From positions 1 to 53,568 of the forward strand of contig JBGQIE010000003.1 in assembly GCA_041498315.1 (NCBI GenBank): DNA of 53,568 nt. Reading direction: 5' to 3'. Every line of letters starts with the position of its first letter. The first letter of the stretch is position 1. The position numbers and the translations under genes are program-made. Source of the DNA: Candidatus Eiseniibacteriota bacterium (GTDB lineage Bacteria; Eisenbacteria; RBG-16-71-46). Below the pieces are notes generated by a model. That model was not told the DNA's origin. It worked only from the letters and a program-made list of their open reading frames with translations, and did no database searches. Shown piece by piece: positions 43,001-52,064 of the stretch.

Positions 43001-43951
43001 ATGGAACGTGCGGCGGTGGTCTACTCGGCGCGCTACGCGTGCGACATCGGCCCGCACGTCTTTCCGGTGGCCAAGTTCCGGCTGGTGCGCGACGCGCTGG
43101 TCGAGGCCGGAACGGTCGCCGCGGCCGACATCCTCGAGCCTGCGCCGGCCACCCGCGAGGAGCTGCTCCTCGTCCATACCCCGGAGTACCTCGACGACCT
43201 CGACCAGCTGCGCTGGACCCCGCGCACCCTGTACTCCGAGCTGCCGCTCGAGCACGACATCGTGCGCGCCTACATCCTGGCCGCGGGCGGGACGACGCTC
43301 GCCGCGCGCGCGGCGCTCGAGCGCGGCGCCGCGGTCAATCTCGGCGGGGGCTTCCATCACGCGGGTCCGGGCCGCGCCGAGGGTTTCTGCTACATCAACG
43401 ATCTCGCGGTCGCGATCCGGGTGCTCCAGCGCGAAGGCCGCCTGCGGCGCGCCGCGGTCGTGGACCTCGACGTCCACCAGGGCAACGGGACCGCGCAGGT
43501 CTTCGAGGGTGATCCGACGGTGTTCACGCTCTCGCTGCACCAGGAGAACAACTACCCGGCGCCCAAGGCGCGCAGCAGCCTCGACGTCGGGCTGGCCGAC
43601 GGCACCGCGGACGCGGCGTATGGCGCGCGGCTCCACGACGCGCTCGCGAGCGTGTGGGAGTTCGAGCCCGGGCTCGTGCTCTACCAGGCGGGCGCCGATC
43701 CGTTCCGGGACGATCAGCTCGGCGGCCTGGCGCTGAGCCTCGCCGGCCTCGAGGCGCGCGACCGCGCGGTGCTCGAGGGCTGCGCCGAGCGCGGGATTCC
43801 GGTCGCCGCCACCCTCGGGGGCGGCTACGCGCGCCGCCTCGAGGACACGCTGCGCATTCACGAGCAGACCTGCCGCCTGGTACTCGCGCGCGCGGGGCTG
43901 GGCCCGGCGGCGCCCGCCGGCGGCCACGACCGCGCCGGGGGCCGGACGTGA
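43001..43951 (+). CDS. Histone deacetylase family protein
   Basis: GGGFHHA, GFCYIND, DLDVHQGNGT, YQAGADP, GGGY. Confidence 0.93.
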   Translation: MERAAVVYSARYACDIGPHVFPVAKFRLVRDALVEAGTVAAADILEPAPATREELLLVHTPEYLDDLDQLRWTPRTLYSELPLEHDIVRAYILAAGGTTLAARAALERGAAVNLGGGFHHAGPGRAEGFCYINDLAVAIRVLQREGRLRRAAVVDLDVHQGNGTAQVFEGDPTVFTLSLHQENNYPAPKARSSLDVGLADGTADAAYGARLHDALASVWEFEPGLVLYQAGADPFRDDQLGGLALSLAGLEARDRAVLEGCAERGIPVAATLGGGYARRLEDTLRIHEQTCRLVLARAGLGPAAPAGGHDRAGGRT

Positions 43952-44904
43952 TCCGCGCCTGGATCGCCGACGCCGAGGGCGTGCGCGAGATCGAGCCCGG
44001 CGAGGCGCTCGAGGCCGCCCAGGAGGGGACGGCGAACGCCTGGGTCGATTTCGAATCGGAGAGCGAGCCCTCGATCCGCGCCGTGCTCGGCCTGCTCGAC
44101 ATCCACCCGCTCGTCATCGACGACATCGCGGTGGATCTCAACCGGCCCAAGGTGGACGATTTCGGGACCTACCTCTACGTCGCGGTCCATTCGGCGCGCT
44201 GGGACGACGACCGGCCGGTGATGCGCGAGATCGACATGGTGCTCGGCGGGCGCTACCTCATCACCTCGCACGACGAGACGACGCGCTCGGTCGCCGCCGC
44301 CCGCCAGGTCATCGTGCGCCGCCCCTCGCTGCTCCAGCGCAATCCCGCCATCCTGCTCCACTACATCCTCGACGACATGGTCGACAACTACCTGCCGATC
44401 GTGGACCACATCTCGGAGGAGCTCGACGAGCTCGAGGAGCGCGTGCTGGGCGACAGCGACCCGGCGGTGGTGCAGCAGAAGATCCTGCACCTCAAGCGCG
44501 GTCTGTCGGCGCTGCGCCGCATCGTCGGGCCGCAGCGCGACATCCTGCTCGCGCTGACGCGCGACGAGTTCAGCGTCGTGCCCGCCGAGCTGCGCCCCTA
44601 CCTCCGTGACGTGTACGACCGCCTCGCCCGGGTCACCGACCTGTTCGACTCGTTCCGCGACGAGACCGGCTCGCTGCTCGACCTGCACGTTTCGACCGTC
44701 TCGAACCGGCTCAACGTCATCATCAAGCGGCTCACCGTGCTGGCGACGGTCGGTCTGCCCCTCACGATCATCACCAGCTACTACGGCATGAACTTCGCCC
44801 TGCCTGAATATCGCTGGCCCCATCCCGAGCTGGTGGTCATCGGGCTCATGGCGGCGAGCGCGCTCGTGACGTGGGCGGTGCTCAAGTGGACGCGATGGAT
44901 GTAG
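43948..44904 (+). CDS. corA: CorA-family Mg/Co transporter
   Basis: RPKVDDF, YLRDVYD, YYGMNF (GMN motif), two C-terminal TM. Confidence 0.9.
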   Translation: MIRAWIADAEGVREIEPGEALEAAQEGTANAWVDFESESEPSIRAVLGLLDIHPLVIDDIAVDLNRPKVDDFGTYLYVAVHSARWDDDRPVMREIDMVLGGRYLITSHDETTRSVAAARQVIVRRPSLLQRNPAILLHYILDDMVDNYLPIVDHISEELDELEERVLGDSDPAVVQQKILHLKRGLSALRRIVGPQRDILLALTRDEFSVVPAELRPYLRDVYDRLARVTDLFDSFRDETGSLLDLHVSTVSNRLNVIIKRLTVLATVGLPLTIITSYYGMNFALPEYRWPHPELVVIGLMAASALVTWAVLKWTRWM

Positions 44905-44929
44905 GCTGCGCGCGGCGCGGGGAGGGAGT

Positions 44930-45186
44930 CCCGCGCACACATCCAACCTGAAGATGAAGGAGAGAGGGGACCCGCCTTACTCGGCGCCTTAGAGGGAAGT
45001 CGTCTTGGGCGGACAACTCCAGCGCCTTGCAGCTCCCTTCCCGCGAGGCCCGGTTCCGATCCTCCCGGCTCACCTCGCTCGTGTCGCCGGTTGCAATCAG
45101 AAGTCAGGCAGAATACGCGCAGCGAACGCATTCTCGAGTCGGATAGGAAAGCTCCCTGCCAAGGAGTTCTTTCTGCCCAGCTGTAC
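44930..45186 (-). ncRNA. Candidate structured non-coding RNA (family not identified)
   Basis: Own promoter upstream, no credible downstream ORF, several stems with G.U pairs only on the minus strand; ends approximate. Confidence 0.6.
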
Positions 45187-45191
45187 CCGGA

Positions 45192-45220
45192 AGTTTGTGT
45201 CCGCTCCCGTCGCCTGTCAA
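45192..45220 (-). promoter_or_regulatory. Sigma70-type promoter of candidate ncRNA
   Basis: TTGACA-N17-CAAACT. Confidence 0.65.
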
Positions 45221-45264
45221 GGCTCGAAGTGACACCCGCACGCCCGCGGCCATTCGCGCGGGCG

Positions 45265-46488
45265 CTAGCGCTTCTTCGCCGTCTTCTTGTCCGATGACGG
45301 GGCCGGCTTCGGAGGCGGTGGCGGCTTGGGAGCATCCCCCGTCACCTCGAGCGAGACGTCGTCGAAGTACACCCGGCCCGGGGCCGGCGACTGATACGAG
45401 CACCACGCCCAGACCTCGTAGGTGTCGGGCGGCGCGTCGCCCTCGACGCTGACGAGGGTCCAGTCGTTGGTCCCCGAGTAGAGCTTCGGCACCGGGTGGC
45501 GGGCGCCATCGATCGTCTTGAAGAACAAAGCCACGTTCGCGGTGCCCCGCAGGCTGTCGGTCTTGAGCCATCCCGACAATCGCAGATGCTTGCCCGCGAG
45601 CCCGCGATTGATGACCGCCTGGCAGGCGCCGGTGGCGATCTGGTTGAATCCCGCGCCCGCGTCCTCGAAGTGGATGCACGCCTTGCCGGAATGCGAGAGC
45701 GTCGTGTCGCGCTCGACGCGCTGCCCCTCGTAGGGTGGCATCGAGTACTCCCACAACGTGCCGTCGCCCTCGAATCCCGGATCGGCGAGCAGGTTGGCGC
45801 CCACCGCCACCGGGGCGGGCGGCTGGGCGGACTCGAGGGTCAGGGACGCGTCGTCGAACAGCACCTGGCCGGTGCCGGTGAGGCCGGCGCTCAGCCGCAG
45901 CCAGGTGGTCGTCGGAGGAATGAACAGGCGCACCTCGCGCCGCACCCAGTCGGTCTCGGTATCCAAGAAGTACTTGTAGGTCCATCCCATCTCGAGCATC
46001 GGGTCGTCCACCGTGTTGATGCGGAGCGAGTCGGCCGCCCGCAGCCGCGACACCCCCCAGATCTTCGCCATCTTGCTGAGCGAGTCGCGGTAGATCGCGG
46101 CGCGGATGTACGCGCGGCCCTGGAGCCCGTTGCTGCGCGTCCACATCGAGAACACGACATCCTTGCCCCACCAGCTCCGATCGACGATCAACCCCTGGTT
46201 CCAGTTGTAGGCCATGAAGAACAGCGTGCTGAGGTTCGCGATGCTGACCGCGTAGTTGCCGCTGTGGACCAGGAACGTGTCGCGTCCGAAGAACACCGAC
46301 ATGAGCCCCGAGGCCGCCGTGTCCCAGGCCGCCGGCATCCACGGGTGGCCGGGGAGCGGCTGCTCGAATCCGGGATTGTCGAGCAGATTGGGTGAGGGCT
46401 TCGGAGCCGCGGCCGCGGTGCCGGGCCCGGCGGCGAGCAGCAGCAAGCTCGAGAGCGCCAGCAGGCGCGCGAATCGGGACAGCGACAT
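45265..46488 (-). CDS. Exported protein with two carbohydrate-binding-like (CBM4/9-type) domains
   Basis: Signal peptide; repeated NLLDNPGFE / NLLADPGFE starts and VLFDDASL / VYFDDVSL ends. Confidence 0.75.
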   Translation of the reverse strand: MSLSRFARLLALSSLLLLAAGPGTAAAAPKPSPNLLDNPGFEQPLPGHPWMPAAWDTAASGLMSVFFGRDTFLVHSGNYAVSIANLSTLFFMAYNWNQGLIVDRSWWGKDVVFSMWTRSNGLQGRAYIRAAIYRDSLSKMAKIWGVSRLRAADSLRINTVDDPMLEMGWTYKYFLDTETDWVRREVRLFIPPTTTWLRLSAGLTGTGQVLFDDASLTLESAQPPAPVAVGANLLADPGFEGDGTLWEYSMPPYEGQRVERDTTLSHSGKACIHFEDAGAGFNQIATGACQAVINRGLAGKHLRLSGWLKTDSLRGTANVALFFKTIDGARHPVPKLYSGTNDWTLVSVEGDAPPDTYEVWAWCSYQSPAPGRVYFDDVSLEVTGDAPKPPPPPKPAPSSDKKTAKKR

Positions 46489-46541
46489 GATCGTCCTTTC
46501 GGGGTGGAGTCCGGGGCCGGCGAACGCGGCCGGAGGCGGGA

Positions 46542-46571
46542 ATTATCGGGACTCGCGCGACCGCGGGTCAA
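46542..46571 (-). promoter_or_regulatory. Putative sigma70 promoter of CBM-like gene
   Basis: TTGACC-N18-GATAAT. Confidence 0.45.
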
Positions 46572-46614
46572 GCAGTTTTGCCGCCTCCGCGGTTCTGGGT
46601 AGAGTCATTCACGC

Positions 46615-47451
46615 GTGCCTGACTGGTTCTTCACATCCGACCTCCATGGCCAGGGCGCCCTCTACGAGCAGGTCGTGGCCATGACCGCCGCGCGGCGCCC
46701 GCGCGCCGTGCTCATCGGCGGCGACCTCGCGCCGCACGCGGTCGGCGCCGAGGGCCTCCAGCGCCAGCGCGTCTTCCTCCAGGGCTTCCTGGTCGAGTTC
46801 GCGCGCCGGCTGCTCGAGGGTTCGCCGGGGACGCACCTGCTGCTCCTCATGGGCAACGACGACTGGAGCGCGAACGCCGACTGCCTCGAGGAGCAGGACG
46901 GGGCGCTGTGGACCGTGATCCACGGCCGCGCCTGCCGCGTGGACGACATCCGGGTCGCGGGGCTCTCGTGGGTGCCGATCACGCCCTTCGGGCTCAAGGA
47001 CTGGGAGCGCTGGGAGGACGGCGCGGAGGAGAACCCGGCGCGGCTCGAGGGCTGGGTGAGCGCCGGGCGCGAGGTTCAGCCCCATCGCTTCGACCCCGCC
47101 CGGCGCACGCCCACGATCGCGGGGGCGCTCGAGGACCTGGCCCGGCTCGGGCCCCCGGGCGAGACGCTGTACGTGCTCCACTCCCCGCCGTGCGGCACGC
47201 GCTGCGACATGATCGGCGCTTCGAGCCACGTCGGGTCGCGGGCGATCCGCGCCTTCATCGAGCGCCACCAGCCGCCGCTGGTGCTGAGCGGGCACATTCA
47301 CGAGTCGCCGCGCGTCTCGGCCTCCTACCGCGACACCATCGGGCGCACGATCGTGGTCAATCCCGGACAGTTCGGAACCTCGCGGCTGTGCGGGGTGTGG
47401 TTCGATCCCGAGCGCATCGCCGAGACGCTCGCGCACACCGTGCACGGCTGA
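46615..47451 (+). CDS. Metallophosphoesterase (Icc-like)
   Basis: SDLHG, GGD, GNDD, HSPP, GHIHE, NPG. Confidence 0.9.
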   Translation: MPDWFFTSDLHGQGALYEQVVAMTAARRPRAVLIGGDLAPHAVGAEGLQRQRVFLQGFLVEFARRLLEGSPGTHLLLLMGNDDWSANADCLEEQDGALWTVIHGRACRVDDIRVAGLSWVPITPFGLKDWERWEDGAEENPARLEGWVSAGREVQPHRFDPARRTPTIAGALEDLARLGPPGETLYVLHSPPCGTRCDMIGASSHVGSRAIRAFIERHQPPLVLSGHIHESPRVSASYRDTIGRTIVVNPGQFGTSRLCGVWFDPERIAETLAHTVHG

Positions 47452-47614
47452 GGGCGTGGCCGCCGGGGCCAACCCCGGGCCCGGATTGTCATGCGCGCGG
47501 AGGCCGCGTCAAGACCGGGCAAAACCCGTGCGGCGGGATGAAGGCCCGGCGCATCCCATGCTACACTCCCGCCTTGGTTGAGGGCCTCCCCGGTCACCTT
47601 CGTTGAGGACTTCC

Positions 47615-48133
47615 ATGAGACGAATGCTGTCGTGGGCCGCGGTCGCCCTTGCCATCCAGGTCGTGGCGGGGCCGCTGCCGGCCGCACCCGCCCGCGCCGG
47701 GAGCGCGGGCCTCAAGTGGCAGAACTGGGACTCCGGCCTGCGCGTCGCGGTCAAGACCCAGCGCCCGGTGCTGGTCGACGTGTACACGGACTGGTGCGGA
47801 TGGTGCCGGCGCATGGATCGCGACGTCTACACGCGCGACGACGTGCGCGACTACCTGTCGCGGCGCTTCGTGACCGTCAAGCTCGACGCCGAGGCCACCG
47901 ACGAGGCGAGCTACCAGGGCAGGATGTACACCTCGCGCTCGCTCGCCGGACGTTTCGGGGTCTCCGGCTATCCCACCACGATCTTCCTGCGCGCCAACGG
48001 CGAGCACCTCGTCAACGTCCCCGGCTACGTGCCGGGCGACCGGTTCCTGCTCCTGCTGCGCTACGTCGGCGAAGGCGCGATGGACCACGGCCAGTCGTTC
48101 GACGATTTCGTGAAGAGCGACGCCGCGCACTAG
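47615..48133 (+). CDS. Exported thioredoxin-fold protein (SoxW/DUF255-like)
   Basis: Signal peptide; DVYTDWCGWCRRMD; GYPT cis-Pro loop. Confidence 0.88.
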   Translation: MRRMLSWAAVALAIQVVAGPLPAAPARAGSAGLKWQNWDSGLRVAVKTQRPVLVDVYTDWCGWCRRMDRDVYTRDDVRDYLSRRFVTVKLDAEATDEASYQGRMYTSRSLAGRFGVSGYPTTIFLRANGEHLVNVPGYVPGDRFLLLLRYVGEGAMDHGQSFDDFVKSDAAH

Positions 48134-48155
48134 GCGCGGCCGCCACGCGACCCCC

Positions 48156-48818
48156 ATGCCGCTGCTCGCGGGTGCCCGGCTGGTCGCGGTGGACACCGAG
48201 ACCACCGGGTTCGATCCCTCCGCCGGCCACGAGCTGATCGAGGTCGCCTGCGTGACCCTGGCCGACGGCGAGGTCGGGGAGACCTGGTCGAGCCTGGTCC
48301 GGCCGGCGCGGCCGATTCCCCCCGACGCCACCCGCATCCACGGCATCAGCGACGCCATGGTCGCCTTAGCACCCGGTCCGGCCGAGGTGGCCGCCCTGCT
48401 GGCGCGCGCGTGCGGCGATGCGCCGCTCGTGTTCCACAACGCGCGCTTCGACCTGCCGTTCCTCGCCGCGCTGCTGCGCGCGGGCGGGCTTCCGCCGCTC
48501 TCGAACCCCATCATCGACACGCTCGGGCTCGCGCGCGGGATCCTGTCCGCGAAGGAGAACTCGCTGGCGGCGCTGGCGCGCGAGCTCAACCTGCCGCCCG
48601 AGACCGCCCACCGCGCGGCCGGGGACGCGCGGACGACCGCGCGGCTCCTGCTCCATCTGGCGCCGCGCTGGGAGGAGAAGCACCCCGGGGGCTCGCTCGC
48701 CGAGCTGGCCGCCGCGAGCCAGGACGTGGAGCGCCGTACGCGCCGCGGCCCCGACCGGATCGGGGGGGAGCCGGCGCGCGGGGAGCGCGCGCGCGAGCCC
48801 GCGGCCGCCCCACGCTGA
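48156..48818 (+). CDS. DEDDh 3'-5' exonuclease (DnaQ-like)
   Basis: VDTETTG, HNARFDLPFL, HRAAGDA. Confidence 0.9.
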   Translation: MPLLAGARLVAVDTETTGFDPSAGHELIEVACVTLADGEVGETWSSLVRPARPIPPDATRIHGISDAMVALAPGPAEVAALLARACGDAPLVFHNARFDLPFLAALLRAGGLPPLSNPIIDTLGLARGILSAKENSLAALARELNLPPETAHRAAGDARTTARLLLHLAPRWEEKHPGGSLAELAAASQDVERRTRRGPDRIGGEPARGERAREPAAAPR

Positions 48819-48934
48819 ACCCCGGGCGGGCCCGGCGCCGGTTGACAGCCGGGCGGGCGACTGAAAGGCTATTCGCCCTTTTCCCGCGACCGATCCGCGC
48901 CCCGGCCTGCGGGCGCTTCGTCCGAGGAGGTTCC

Positions 48935-49405
48935 ATGACCGCCACCGCATTGCTCGAGGTCGGACAGACCGCGCCGGAGTTCCGGCTGCGGGGCCCCGGG
49001 GGGCAGTTCGTGAGCCTGTCGGAGTACCGGGGGAAGAAGCACGTCGTGGTCGTGTTCTTCCCGCTCGCCTTCTCGCCCACGTGCTCGCACCAGCTGCCCG
49101 ACATCCAGAAGGAGATGCGGCGCTTCGAGACCCTCGATGCGGTCGTTCTGGGCATCAGCGTGGACAGCCACTACGCGAACGAGGCGTTCGCCCGCTCCCT
49201 CGGCCTGTCGTTTCCGCTGCTGTCGGACTTCGACCATGCGACGAGCCAGGCCTGGGGCATGCTGCTGCCGCAGTATCGCTACAGCGCGCGCGGGATCTTC
49301 GTCGTGGACAAGCAGGGGCGGCTCGCCTACCGCGACGTGGCGCCGACCCCGGCCGACATCCCCGGCAACGCCGGGGTGATCGCGGCCCTCGAGCGTCTGG
49401 CCTAG
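48935..49405 (+). CDS. Peroxiredoxin (AhpE/BCP-like, single Cys)
   Basis: GGAGG RBS; FFPLAFSPTC, GISVDS, FPLLSDF; TTGACA at 48842 upstream. Confidence 0.88.
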   Translation: MTATALLEVGQTAPEFRLRGPGGQFVSLSEYRGKKHVVVVFFPLAFSPTCSHQLPDIQKEMRRFETLDAVVLGISVDSHYANEAFARSLGLSFPLLSDFDHATSQAWGMLLPQYRYSARGIFVVDKQGRLAYRDVAPTPADIPGNAGVIAALERLA

Positions 49406-49430
49406 GCCCAGGGGGCGTCGCGGGCGCGCC

Positions 49431-50807
49431 ATGCAACCGACGGCGCCGGTCGTGCTGGTCGTGGACCGCGAGAGCGAGGCGACGCGCGCCCTGGTCGCCT
49501 ACCTGCGCGCCCGCGCCCTCGAGGTCGTGTGGGCGCGCGATGGCGAGAGCGCCTTCGGAGCACTCGACCAGACCCCGGTGGACTGCCTGGTCACCGAGCT
49601 GCGGGTCCCGCGCATCGACGGCATGACGCTGCTGCGTCGCGCCCGCGAGAAGCACCCCGAGCTGTGCGCGGTCGTGATCACCGACCGGCCCGGCGTCGAG
49701 ATGGCGGTCGAGGCGATGCGGCAGGGGGCGGCCGACTTCCAGGTCAAGCCGCTCAACCACGAGAAGCTGCTCGCCGTGCTGCGCCACGGTCTCGAGCACC
49801 AGGCAATGGCCGCGCGCGTCGCCGAGATGGAGGCGCAGCTCGACCAGCGCTTCGGCTTCGAGGCGCTCCACGGCAGCTCGCGCAGCCTCCAGCGCGTGCT
49901 CGAGCAGGTGCGTCACATCGCCCCGACGCGCGCCCCGGTCCTCATCGAAGGCGAGCCCGGCACCGGCAAGGGGCTGCTCGCGCAGACCATCCACCGGAAC
50001 AGCCCGCGCCGCGGCGAGCGCTTCGTGTGGGTGAGCTGCGCCGCGCTCGCGCCCGAGGCGATGGAGGGCGAGCTGTTCGGCGTCGAGCCGGGGGCGCCCG
50101 CGCCCTCCGGGGGGGCTGCCGTGGCGACGGGGGCGCCGGGCCGGTTCGAGCAGGCGGACGGCGGCACGCTCTACCTCGAGGACGTCGGCCTGCTGCCGCC
50201 GCCGGTCCAGGTCCGGCTGCTGCGCGTGCTCCACGACCGCTCCTTCGAGCGGGCGGGCGGAACCGGGACACTCAAGGCCGACGTGCGGCTCATCGCCGCG
50301 ACCCCGCGCGATCTCGCTCCCGACGTGCATGGGGGCCGCTTCCGTGCCGACCTCTACGAGCGTCTGAGCGTCGTGCGGGTGCAGATGCCGTCGCTGCGCG
50401 AGCGGCGCGAGGACATCCCGCTCCTGATCGAGGACTTCCTGCGCGAGCTCAACCGCGAGCACGGGCGCAAGGTGACCGGCGTCACCCGCGGGGCGCTCGA
50501 GCGGCTCATGCGCTATCCGTGGCCCGGCAACGTGCGCGAGCTCAAGAACGCGATCGAGGGCATGGTCGTGTTCGTCGAGGGCCGGCGCGCCCTCGATCTC
50601 TCCGACCTGCCCGAGCCGCTGCGCGAGATCGAGAGCGCGGGGGAGAAGCTCGAGCTCACGGTGGGCATGACCCTCGAGGAAGCCGAGCGCCGGCTGGTCG
50701 CCGCCACCCTGAGCCACACCGGCTTCGACAAGGTGCGCGCGGCGGCGATGCTCGGGATGGGGCTGCGCACCCTGTACCGCAAGATCAAACAGTACGGGTT
50801 GCGCTAA
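49431..50807 (+). CDS. Atypical NtrC-family regulator (REC-AAA+-Fis HTH)
   Basis: GEPGTGKG, GRFEQADGGTL, WPGNVREL, TLYRKIKQY; key motifs degenerate (see findings). Confidence 0.9.
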   Translation: MQPTAPVVLVVDRESEATRALVAYLRARALEVVWARDGESAFGALDQTPVDCLVTELRVPRIDGMTLLRRAREKHPELCAVVITDRPGVEMAVEAMRQGAADFQVKPLNHEKLLAVLRHGLEHQAMAARVAEMEAQLDQRFGFEALHGSSRSLQRVLEQVRHIAPTRAPVLIEGEPGTGKGLLAQTIHRNSPRRGERFVWVSCAALAPEAMEGELFGVEPGAPAPSGGAAVATGAPGRFEQADGGTLYLEDVGLLPPPVQVRLLRVLHDRSFERAGGTGTLKADVRLIAATPRDLAPDVHGGRFRADLYERLSVVRVQMPSLRERREDIPLLIEDFLRELNREHGRKVTGVTRGALERLMRYPWPGNVRELKNAIEGMVVFVEGRRALDLSDLPEPLREIESAGEKLELTVGMTLEEAERRLVAATLSHTGFDKVRAAAMLGMGLRTLYRKIKQYGLR

Positions 50808-50897
50808 AGCTCAACTACCCGCCCCTTCGCGCCGATAACCCGCCGAACCCAGCCCCGACCCGGCGCTCCCGGCTCGCGGCAGAGGCGGAGGATTGCG

Positions 50898-51749
50898 GTG
50901 GGCGAGCCCGAGCGTAACGAGGACGAGGAGCCGGCGGCGGAAGACGGGACCCCCGCGGGCCCGAAGCCGGTCGCGAAGCCCGACTGGCTCGTGGGCGCGC
51001 ACGAGGCGCTCGAAGCGGAGTTCTCGCACCCCGAGGCCGATCCGGACCGAGCTCGGCCCGAGCTGCGTTCCGCCGTCCCGCCGCCGCCGCGCGACCCCGA
51101 GCGCCCGCGACCGGTCAATCCCTACCAGGGTTTCGCGCAGTCCGCCGCGGGGCGGTCGTTCACCTCGGGGTGGATGGAGTCCGGGTACTCGACCGCAAGC
51201 CGGCCGCCCTCATCCGATCCGCCGGCGCCCGCCGAGACCGAATCGGCCACCCACCCCTCCACGCCGGACGACGACGAGCCAGCGGACGAGACCAACGAGC
51301 TGGCGGGCCCAGGGACGCCCACCGCGGAGGCGGACAAGGCGCTGTGGGTCGCGCCGGAGCCGCCGCGCAAGCCATGGTGGGAGTCGCTGCTCGTCCAGGC
51401 GCTCACCCCGGCCGGGCTCGCCTTCGCCGGCGGCGCCGCGATCGCGATCGTCCTCGCCGTCGTGCTGCTCGGGCCCAAGGACACCAGCGTTTCGCTCGCG
51501 AGGATCCGACACCATCCGGGCGACTACGATGGCCGGAGCGTCAAGGTGCACGGCAAGGTGGGCGAGGTCTACTCGGTGGGCGGCGGATACTCCTTCTACC
51601 TGCTCCAGGGCCGCGACACGATGGTCGTGTTCACGCGCTCGCGCACGCCGGTGACGAACGCTCACGTCACGGTGAGCGGCGTCATCAACGTCGGCGTGCT
51701 CGATGGCGAGCAGCGCCAGGCCCTGTTCGAGACCGCGGCACAGCCCTAG
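50898..51749 (+). CDS. Hypothetical membrane-anchored protein with C-terminal OB-fold-like domain
   Basis: GGAGG RBS; acidic Pro-rich N-terminus, one TM, YDGRSVKVHGKV..YLLQG..VTVSGVI. Confidence 0.65.
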   Translation: MGEPERNEDEEPAAEDGTPAGPKPVAKPDWLVGAHEALEAEFSHPEADPDRARPELRSAVPPPPRDPERPRPVNPYQGFAQSAAGRSFTSGWMESGYSTASRPPSSDPPAPAETESATHPSTPDDDEPADETNELAGPGTPTAEADKALWVAPEPPRKPWWESLLVQALTPAGLAFAGGAAIAIVLAVVLLGPKDTSVSLARIRHHPGDYDGRSVKVHGKVGEVYSVGGGYSFYLLQGRDTMVVFTRSRTPVTNAHVTVSGVINVGVLDGEQRQALFETAAQP

Positions 51750-51830
51750 CACCGGCGAAGAACGCCGCCCGGCCCTCCCCGGCCGCGCACTTTCGGCGCC
51801 CCGCCACTCCGCGACGCCCAATCCCCCCGC

Positions 51831-51884
51831 TTGACATCGGCGCCCCTATTTGCGAAGTTGGCGCCCGCCTGAGCAGAGCGCCAG
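51831..51884 (+). promoter_or_regulatory. groESL promoter with degenerate CIRCE-like inverted repeat
   Basis: TTGACA at 51831; TTGGCGCCC-N9-GAGCGCCAG at 51858-51884 versus TTAGCACTC-N9-GAGTGCTAA. Confidence 0.5.
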
Positions 51885-52064
51885 AATAGCTTTGCCATTT
51901 GGGCAAAACCACTACTGGCCCACTCGATCGGCGACACAGGTGACCCCGATAACATCCTTGTTTCGCGCTGGGTTGCGGTTCGCGCCGTGCCCGGATCCGG
52001 GCCAGCGGGCCACCCGCATCACATCCACTGCCCCACCGTGGGGCGCATTCCGAGGAGGAAGAGC

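Noticed and set aside
44930-45186. Identification as tmRNA, RNase P, SRP RNA or cobalamin riboswitch
   Set aside because: No tRNA-like ends, no GAGGAAAGUCC, no intact SRP helix-8 motif, and no downstream gene for a riboswitch to control
44781-45335. 184-aa ORF and other short ORFs over the candidate ncRNA
   Set aside because: No RBS, atypical codon usage, overlaps both flanking genes and starts upstream of the promoter; a small peptide cannot be fully excluded
48156-48818. DEDDh exonuclease as part of a CRISPR or defence system
   Set aside because: No cas genes, array or defence neighbours; the context is housekeeping and redox genes
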